A stretch of DNA of 64,000 bases. It comes from Albugo candida. Lineage: Eukaryota. Positions 56,876 through 64,000 of this stretch are shown here, piece by piece (positions within the stretch are counted from its first letter, which is position 1; each line of letters begins with the position of its first letter). The DNA lies in assembly GCA_040437565.1 (NCBI GenBank), contig JBDOQK010000053.1, positions 62,001 through 126,000 of the forward strand, in the 5' to 3' direction. The notes under the pieces were generated by a model. That model saw only the letters and a program-made list of their open reading frames with translations. It was not told where the DNA came from and did no database searches. A program made the translations under genes and the position numbers.

Positions 56876-58720
56876 TCAGTCGGAATACACGCCGGGAGCC
56901 AATGTGACGGATTCCAATGCGATTCGGACCGCACCAATCGCAAAGACATTACGGGAGACAGCCTGATGTTTCAGTTCAATGCGTTCGCCGGGTCCCGCGA
57001 AGAAGACGGTGTGCTGTCCGATTTCATCGCCGAGACGCATCGAAGACGTTGTAAGTGGATGGAGAGTGCATGGGGCGCCAGTAGCGTGAATGGATTTCGC
57101 AATGGATTTCGCAGTGCCACTTGGCGCATCGATTTTCTTTGTGTGATGCATTTCTTCGATGTGAATGTTCCATTCGTTTGGTAATTGAAATGCGATTTTT
57201 TGTACTAAATCGCAAATGAGAGGCACACCGATTGAGAAATTCGAACGTAAGAGAACGGGAGCGTATTGTCCATACGATTGAATGAGATCCGTTGCAAGTG
57301 TTCCTGTGGTTCCGATAACGAGCGATGGGAATTTCTGTGCTGCATTTTGGAGAAGGAATTCGACAAGTGATTTCGTTCCCTGTGGCAATGTGACGTCGAT
57401 AATGACATCGATATCGTGTAGTGACACGGATGAAGCGCGTCGGAGATCGATACTGCCTGCGAATTGATTATTTGCTTTTAATTGTTCGACAATAAGACTT
57501 CCCAAACGTCCATTTGCTCCATGGACCGCGACATTTACTTTGTGTTGGATCGATTTCTGTGGCTGCATTCGGTGAGAAGACATGAATTCCTCGATCGCCG
57601 ATGCAAGTCGAATCGCTCCCAATTTCAAATCATTGGCATCGTACCACGAAAAACTGAGTCGGAGGTAATTTTTCATCGATGCGCTGAAGGAGCCTCCGGG
57701 CAGAAACATTACTTTGTGTGCTTGTGCGATGGGTAAAAGATCTGCGGAATCGAAAGAATCGGGAAGACGGACGAGGATAAAGTATCCGCCATTGGGTACT
57801 TCGAATGTGACATTGGGAGGCAGTGATTGTCGGAGTTGGGTGAGAAGCGCATCGGCTCGGGTCCAAAGTGTTGATACAGCGAATTGGAGATGTTCTGACT
57901 GCTTTCCAGAGGCAATGGCTGCATGGACGATGCCCGAGATGACAGGATTGATACCTCCGCTGCTGTCAAGTTGGCCAGAAAGCGCTATTTTGGAGAGAAG
58001 CGATCGGGAAGCCTGAATCCATCCGAGGCGTAAGGCTGGGGCCAATATTTTTGAGAACGAACCTAAGGCAAGTACGGTGTCATGTTGATCGAATGTGAAC
58101 ATGGGGGGAGGAGGGATGACATGTGGGAAAGATAATAACTGGTATACTTCATCGGCGACGATAAGAAACCGGTATTGAACACTTAACTGAACGAGTTTTT
58201 CGCGCTTTGCTGCCGATAAAGTTCGACCGGTTGGATTGTGACATGTTGGGATGGTGTATAGCATTTTGGGGATGACACCTCGTTCGAGCCATTTCTCGAG
58301 TTCGACGATATTGATTCCATCTTCTTCCATTGGAATTTGACGGATATTGAGCTTGAAATCTTTCATTATCGAGAGCGCTAGAAAGTAGGTTGGTTCTTCC
58401 ATAAAGACTAAATCGCCTGCTTTGCAGAATAAAGAACAAATGAGTGCCAAACCTCCTGTGACGCCATTTGTGATAAATAGCTTTTCAGGATCGACAGTGG
58501 CGTTATACCCTTTGGAAAGGAACGTTGCGAGTGTCTGACGGAATTTCGGGTACCCATAAATGTGACCGTATTGGAGAAACATTGGATCAGTTTCAGCGAA
58601 TTTGAGGGCTGCGGATTCTCTGATTTTGTCGAGCGGAAGTAGCGATTCCGCTGGTTGACCGACCTTGAAATTGATCATTTCATTGGCTTTAGGAACGACA
58701 TATTGACCATAATCTCCCAT
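56876..58720 (-). CDS. Class I PLP aminotransferase fused to 4-hydroxy-tetrahydrodipicolinate reductase (DapB)
   Basis: Single intronless ORF: LQYG, EEPTY, HNPTG, ADEVY, GSFSKILAPALRLGW, LRLSF; then VHGANGRLG, VIGTTG, SNFSIG, EEMHHTKKIDAPSGTA, RNVFAIGA. Confidence 0.92.
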   Translation of the reverse strand: MGDYGQYVVPKANEMINFKVGQPAESLLPLDKIRESAALKFAETDPMFLQYGHIYGYPKFRQTLATFLSKGYNATVDPEKLFITNGVTGGLALICSLFCKAGDLVFMEEPTYFLALSIMKDFKLNIRQIPMEEDGINIVELEKWLERGVIPKMLYTIPTCHNPTGRTLSAAKREKLVQLSVQYRFLIVADEVYQLLSFPHVIPPPPMFTFDQHDTVLALGSFSKILAPALRLGWIQASRSLLSKIALSGQLDSSGGINPVISGIVHAAIASGKQSEHLQFAVSTLWTRADALLTQLRQSLPPNVTFEVPNGGYFILVRLPDSFDSADLLPIAQAHKVMFLPGGSFSASMKNYLRLSFSWYDANDLKLGAIRLASAIEEFMSSHRMQPQKSIQHKVNVAVHGANGRLGSLIVEQLKANNQFAGSIDLRRASSVSLHDIDVIIDVTLPQGTKSLVEFLLQNAAQKFPSLVIGTTGTLATDLIQSYGQYAPVLLRSNFSIGVPLICDLVQKIAFQLPNEWNIHIEEMHHTKKIDAPSGTAKSIAKSIHATGAPCTLHPLTTSSMRLGDEIGQHTVFFAGPGERIELKHQAVSRNVFAIGAVRIALESVTLAPGVYSD

Positions 58721-58829
58721 TGTTTCTGAATTCTTTGGAATGGCTGGCTACTCTTGCGTGATTAATTCGTGGAGGTTTCTCCTTGGTTTGTGTGGTATAC
58801 ATAACGGCTGATTGAAGTTGTCTACATTA

Positions 58830-59951
58830 ATGGAGGATTCTGCGTCACTGGCTGCAAAACAAACAAATGCGCTTGGAATCGCATGCGACTTTGGAGACTC
58901 GTTACGACTCGAAACATGTCCATCATTGGATAGTATTGATCATTTGATTGAGTACCATGGAAATATTGGATGTTATCATTGTTATCTTAATGTACCGGAC
59001 GCTACGATGAGTTATCTGCAAACATTTGCATCTCATCTTTGCGTCGATATTGACGGGAATATAGCCACATTGACGCTGCACGGCAGCGAATGGAAGCTTG
59101 CACTGCCACATGCATTGCATGCGCAATCAAGCATGCAGATTGAAAGGGATCACATTTATTTGCGGCTTTCATTGCAACAAAAAGAGCCGCGATCCGAAGT
59201 TGGTATCAGTACATTATCGAGGACGACGTTGGAAGAATTAGACCCAGAAAATTACAAAAACATTCACTGTCGATTGTGTAATTACAAAATCAACAACTGT
59301 CATACAAACTTTGATAAAGTATGTCCGTTACCTTCGGATAACTGGCTGGAAATGCAGGAATTCTGGGGCGCTGGTCACGGCGCTTTTCAGCATTTATCAC
59401 GTGACACTATTTCTGCCCGAAAATGCCGAGTATTCATTGCTGATGCTCATATTTTGCTTCATACAGATGATCTGAGCATCTCATCGACCGATTCCGACGA
59501 TATCAAATGTCAGCAATGTGGTTCGTTACTCGGACGACATACTGAAGACACTGCGCTTCTCTACAAATACTCCATTTTCACCGCTTCCAGCAACATTTTC
59601 TCATCGTATCACATCGATTCGATTGTTTGTGTCAGTATATTAGAGACCATTGAGACGGAAGGTCGTTTTCAATTTCGATTGTGTGCAATCGACTCCGCTT
59701 TGTGTTTCAAATTGAGAGTATTGAGCTGGGAATTACGTCTTTTATCCAGCGATACACCGCACTTTAACCACGTCCTCAAAGTCGTCTTTGAAGAAGAATG
59801 CGTTCGACAGTCTGCCGATGGGAAAACAGTTGATTTGGATGTACCGTTTTCAAGCTATGAGCAGATAAAACAGCGATTAATAGCAAGCAGTATGAAAGTA
59901 CCGGCGTCTGTACGCGTTCCATTGGGACAAATCGGCTACTTGTACGCATGA
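58830..59951 (+). CDS. UBE3D: UBE3D/Ipa1-like (HECT_2) protein
   Basis: CRLC..LPSDNWLEMQEFW; CQQCGSLLG..LYKYSI; LKVVF. Confidence 0.65.
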   Translation: MEDSASLAAKQTNALGIACDFGDSLRLETCPSLDSIDHLIEYHGNIGCYHCYLNVPDATMSYLQTFASHLCVDIDGNIATLTLHGSEWKLALPHALHAQSSMQIERDHIYLRLSLQQKEPRSEVGISTLSRTTLEELDPENYKNIHCRLCNYKINNCHTNFDKVCPLPSDNWLEMQEFWGAGHGAFQHLSRDTISARKCRVFIADAHILLHTDDLSISSTDSDDIKCQQCGSLLGRHTEDTALLYKYSIFTASSNIFSSYHIDSIVCVSILETIETEGRFQFRLCAIDSALCFKLRVLSWELRLLSSDTPHFNHVLKVVFEEECVRQSADGKTVDLDVPFSSYEQIKQRLIASSMKVPASVRVPLGQIGYLYA

Positions 59952-59987
59952 TTCTAAATTTGGCAACGATATTCTTCAGTTATCTTT

Positions 59988-60442
59988 ATGGACGGCGGCA
60001 AAGTCATTGATTTTTTTTGAGAGAATGTTGGATGAGGATTGATGCTTCCCTCATGTAGCGCTTTCGTGAGGTGCAAGTGGAAGTGTATGTTGCAGGTGAT
60101 GGTGTCAATTACCCTCAAAAGGGTCAGACAGTTGCGATCCATTACACGGGATACGTAAGTCCGTTGATTCCATTTGGGGCCATGATGCGATTTCATTTGC
60201 TGTAGTTGGAGGATGGACAAAAGTACGATTCCACAAGAGATCGTGAGAAACCGCTTCGCTTCAAACTCGGAGAAGAACAAGTGATACCCGGTTTGGAGGA
60301 AGGAGTGGAACGACTTTGTATGAATGAAAGAGCCAAGATTTATATTCCATCGTACAAAGCATATGGCAGCAAGGGATTTCCCGGACTTATACCGCCAGAC
60401 AGCAATCTGATATTCGACGTGGAATTGGTCGGATTTCGTTGA
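59988..60442 (+). CDS. FKBP12-type peptidyl-prolyl isomerase (about 3 exons)
   Basis: GDGVNYPQKGQTVAIHYTGY|LEDGQKYDSTRDR..VIPGLEEG..AYG..IPPDSNLIFDVEL. Confidence 0.9.
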
Positions 60443-61139
60443 AAAAGTACAGAAAGTCGTCCCGTACGAACAATGTTCTCAAAGAGATCTTAAATTGTTA
60501 ATTCAACCGTTTGAAAATTTAGTGGACTCAATCTTCAAACACGAATGCTGACGCACGCCTTGTCACGCCTTGTACCCTTTGATGGTTCGATGGTCGTGGG
60601 GCGGACTTTGAACAGGTCAGGCTGCTTGGAGCATTCGATTGAGAAGAGAATTGAGAGCGGAAATCTGGATTAGTTTTTGATGAAGTTGAAGCGGACATTC
60701 TTTGTATTGATAGATGAGCTTGAACCGGTTTTACGCCCCGAGATAGCCGAATTGTTCTGAATGCACAATAGTGGAATCTGGTCGAGTCTCAATCACGAGA
60801 GTTGTGGTGTCCCTAACATCACAAAAGCCTGTACTGATTTGGGTACTCTCAATGAGAGAATAAGAGAAGTTTTTTGACTCAATCAACTTCCTTTTTTAGT
60901 TGTTTGAGGTACCTTTAGCATCATAGAGTCGAAGAGGAACTGTTGATGGCTAAGAGGATTTCTTCCGATCGCTCAATTATGATCTGGCCATGTTATCATA
61001 TCATACTGATTCAGACACATGATTTATAAGAAACTTGTTATCGGAAACCCATAGACACAAGCATTCCTATAATTATATCATACTATACACACAGTGTCAG
61101 CGTTCTATGATAATAATGCAGCGTCACAGTCCTTGAGAC

Positions 61140-61258
61140 ATTTGTCGCATCAGCGAATAACCTCCAATCGATAGAATAGCGATCAGAGGTTTTTACGATG
61201 CGTAGTATGCAGGGTTGACCACACGAGTGTGTGTTAGCATCGTGACTTTGAGATGCAC
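61140..61258 (-). ncRNA. Candidate box H/ACA snoRNA
   Basis: Minus strand: hairpin, ATACTA (ANANNA), then hairpin CGCATC/GATGCG with internal loop and AACCTC/GAGGTT upper stem, then ACA. Confidence 0.5.
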
Positions 61259-61472
61259 TGGCACTTCAGTGAATTTCACAGAGCTTTAAACAAGACACAC
61301 AATAATCAATCTATTTAGGGTACAATTGTGTTGAATACGTAATTTCAGGTAGACAAAATATCGACNNNNNNNNNNNNNNNNNNNNNNNNNNNNNNNNNNN
61401 NNNNNNNNNNNNNNNNNNNNNNNNNNNNNNNNNNNNNNNNNNNNNNNNNNNNNNNNNNNNNNNNNCGTAATT

Positions 61473-62650
61473 TCAGGTAGACAAAATATCGACCAATTTA
61501 ACGTTTTTATCCTTCCGCTTTTTCGATTGCGCAACTTTTAATACGACACGCGTAAACGTCCACCCAGAATCCGTCTCTTTTTTGGCGGTGCTCTCCGATC
61601 GTACAGCCTGCTCATTGCTCTTCTTGTAAGCTCGGATGAGTAGCGTTCCTTCGTTCTTTGTCCCTTTGCACGGGACAGAATACTGAATGGCATCACTTGT
61701 AATTGTACCAGTAAACTCCTTCTGACTGCTGCTTATCGGATGTCCCAGTAAACTTCGCGCCATTGCGTTTGCATTTACATAATCCATCGCAAGTTTATGC
61801 GCGTACGACGGGCGATCGCGAATGATTCGAATCAAATAAAATGCGGATACGCTTCCGATGAGTACACCAAAAATGATCTGCATTCTGCATAAGTTCACGA
61901 ATGTTTCTCGAAGTAACAAAAAGGAATACATGCCGGAAGCGCAATTGTCTTCCCAAGAGAAGTTGTCGGATGCTCGTTGAGCACTGGTTCCTGATCGCCA
62001 AGTGCCGAAAACGAAGTGCCATCCTGCAGTTCCACATCCAGAACTTCAAACAGCGCGTTGGATTCGTTCTCATCAGCATCGGCTTTTGTTTTGAACGACA
62101 CAATTGCTGTCTTCCCACTAAATTAAGATATCAACATCTGTACGAGAATCGATCTGAATCAGCTTACTCGTCTCCAACGACGCGGAACGCAGAAGTGCCG
62201 TCATTGGGATCCTGAGACTCCACCTAATTGATCATGAGCGTCATGCAAGTCTCCTATCAGCTCAAACGCACGTACCCTCTCGAATTTGCGCGGATACCCA
62301 ACAGCTTCAAAAAAGCGCGGATCCTTCACTACCGCACGTTTCGCGTAGTTGAGAGATCGACTCATCTACAATTGCAATGAATATACAAAAGAACATTTTC
62401 ACTGATGAGGCACTACCTCTGGATCAAAATCTTTGTCCCCTTTGAAATGAGCAATGAGAGCCATGCCACTTAGCGCGGCAACCACGTATCCAATGATTAT
62501 CTGCGTCGAAGCCGGCTTCTTCTTGATGTCATAAATCTTATCTTTGGCTATCAATAGGGTAGAAAAGCTATGTCTGGTGCGCGTATTCGGCACGAAACGA
62601 AGTCGCTGTACTCGTGGAATCGCATTGGTGACAAGACGAGAGTACCACAT
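61473..62650 (-). CDS. Mitochondrial protein with two TM + Coa1/Tim21-like units (5 exons)
   Basis: Presequence; TM + AVVKDPRFFEAVGYP; TM + AMDYVNAN..LLGHPI..YSVPCKGTKNEGTL..WTF. Confidence 0.55.
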
Positions 62651-63131
62651 CAATCCGATTAAATCCGAATTATGACTGGATATGAAAACGCCATTTATAT
62701 TTTTTCCCACACTTAAAGTCAAGAATCCGTTCGTTCACTATAAATCGATTCTGTTACGAGCGTGGAATAGTAATGATTCAATGAGGTGTTGTGCTCGTTC
62801 TGAGTATGATACGCATTATCAGAAGCTGATGAGAGTGGAAGTAAAGCGCATTAGACCCTGCTTCCTAGATCAGTCTTCTTACATTCGTCCAAGTGTATTA
62901 GCGCACAAATACTGAGATGCAATGCAAGTTTCACTTGACATCATTGTTATCTTATCAACGTGCAAATAAAAACGCGAGTCCTGAAAGCACACGTTTCCTT
63001 CCTTCGATGAAGAAATGTGCCGTCAATTGGGCTCACACCATCCAAATAATTCATCTATTAATATCCTTCCACTACGAATATTCTGACAAATTTCATCAAA
63101 AAACAAATTTTTATTACGCACATTAATGCAA

Positions 63132-63998
63132 TCAAACGTGATGATGTCCATCATTACTATTGAGTATGTTGGCCACATGTTGCTGATTGGTGTGGTTTAC
63201 GTCACTTCCATGAACCGCCACTCCATCGGTCCCCTTTTGCGACCCAATTGAGGTGTTTGCCAGCGGATAATTGTACATTAGCGAATAATTGGCTGGAGCG
63301 ATGGCCGCAAGTTTGGCTCGGGGAATTACTTCACCGGGTCGTGGTCGGGTACGAGGTCTACCACGAGGACGACCTGTTCCTCGGACTTTCTTCTTGGACC
63401 CTGATTTACCGCTAGCAGCTCCGTTACTCTGCACGGGGACTCCGGAAGCACCAAAGGAAGCCATCAATTCTGCAGAAGATAGTGGTGAAGGCTGGTCATT
63501 TCCACATGTTTGGTCGTTGCTACCAGTGGAGCTATGTCCCTGTAAGCCAAAGGATTGGCCAAAATTTGTCATGAAAGACATTCCAAGTCCTAAAGCTGAT
63601 TTATGACCAATCGTATCGGGCTCATGCTTAACAACGCTGTGAAGTGATAAATCGTGCTTCGATGGGCGTCCGCGTTTACGTCTTGGTGCTTCCTCATGGG
63701 AGCATGACATTGATAGATTTGTACCCAGCGAGGCGAAAGCGTCATTGGTGTTCCCAATAGACGAAAGGCCCAACGCATCCGTGTTAACATTTTCCGCCCT
63801 ATACTGTCCGTTCATCGACTGAGCAGCCAGAGCCATCGCTTGACTTGCGTGAATTGACTGTATGTTACTTCCATCGACTGAACTTTTCTCCGTGTCATGA
63901 TCTAGTGACTTAAATGAATTTGGATCATCATTATGTTCTTCTTGTTCATTGGATGTAATTGCCTGTCCCGACGCATTTGATTGGGTCATCCAAGGCAT
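63132..63998 (-). CDS. AT-hook DNA-binding protein, possibly 5'-truncated by window edge
   Basis: RKRGRPSK and GRPRGRPR motifs in low-complexity context. Confidence 0.7.
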   Translation of the reverse strand: MPWMTQSNASGQAITSNEQEEHNDDPNSFKSLDHDTEKSSVDGSNIQSIHASQAMALAAQSMNGQYRAENVNTDALGLSSIGNTNDAFASLGTNLSMSCSHEEAPRRKRGRPSKHDLSLHSVVKHEPDTIGHKSALGLGMSFMTNFGQSFGLQGHSSTGSNDQTCGNDQPSPLSSAELMASFGASGVPVQSNGAASGKSGSKKKVRGTGRPRGRPRTRPRPGEVIPRAKLAAIAPANYSLMYNYPLANTSIGSQKGTDGVAVHGSDVNHTNQQHVANILNSNDGHHHV

Positions 63999-64000
63999 CA

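Noticed and set aside
60604-60636. U3-like GACTTTGAACAGG and SRP-like CAGG...AGCA motifs
   Set aside because: Box A (GGATCA) and the GNRA loop are missing; remaining elements not found in order
61310-61323. ACCCTAAA (minus) about 60 nt upstream of the H/ACA candidate, suggesting a telomerase RNA template
   Set aside because: Only 8 nt, lies just after a stop codon, no pseudoknot found, and similar words occur elsewhere (~41101)
1-64000. tRNA, rRNA or CRISPR arrays
   Set aside because: No cloverleaf around the GTTCGA hits examined, no rRNA-like sequence and no repeat-spacer array seen

Overview
Gene-dense eukaryotic scaffold with short (~50-60 nt) introns, tiny intergenic spaces and many 100-N gaps, several flanked by duplicated sequence (unmerged contig overlaps). 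Gene content (FYVE-GAF protein, mastigoneme-like EGF protein, DAP-pathway enzyme, TCATTYY initiator-like motifs) suggests an oomycete, plausibly Albugo-like; this is an inference. About 40 protein genes, mostly housekeeping (WDR74, MRPS15, ALG14, RABL6, CKS1, AsnRS, RBM42, WDR75, LAMTOR4, HAUS1, MICU, ADPGK, TBCC, RPA43, RPB6, METTL9, PIG-P, DAD1, HIS6, CSN8, UBE3D, FKBP). WDR74, CKS1 and several exons are missing from the ORF track and were reconstructed by hand. There is one degenerate copia LTR element with a half-tRNAiMet primer site. Most interesting: (1) an HTH DNA-binding domain spliced to a degenerate UPRTase-like domain, a candidate nucleotide-sensing regulator analogous to PurR/PyrR; (2) a class I aminotransferase-DapB fusion, a candidate non-DapL route from tetrahydrodipicolinate to diaminopimelate; (3) a Pex14 N-domain fused to a pseudo-SDR; (4) three copies of an unrecognised MGSY..ND family with hydrophobic hairpins; (5) an N-carbamoylputrescine amidase lacking its catalytic Cys; (6) a candidate H/ACA snoRNA; (7) two GC-AG introns. 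All family calls come from motif recognition by eye; no searches were run.
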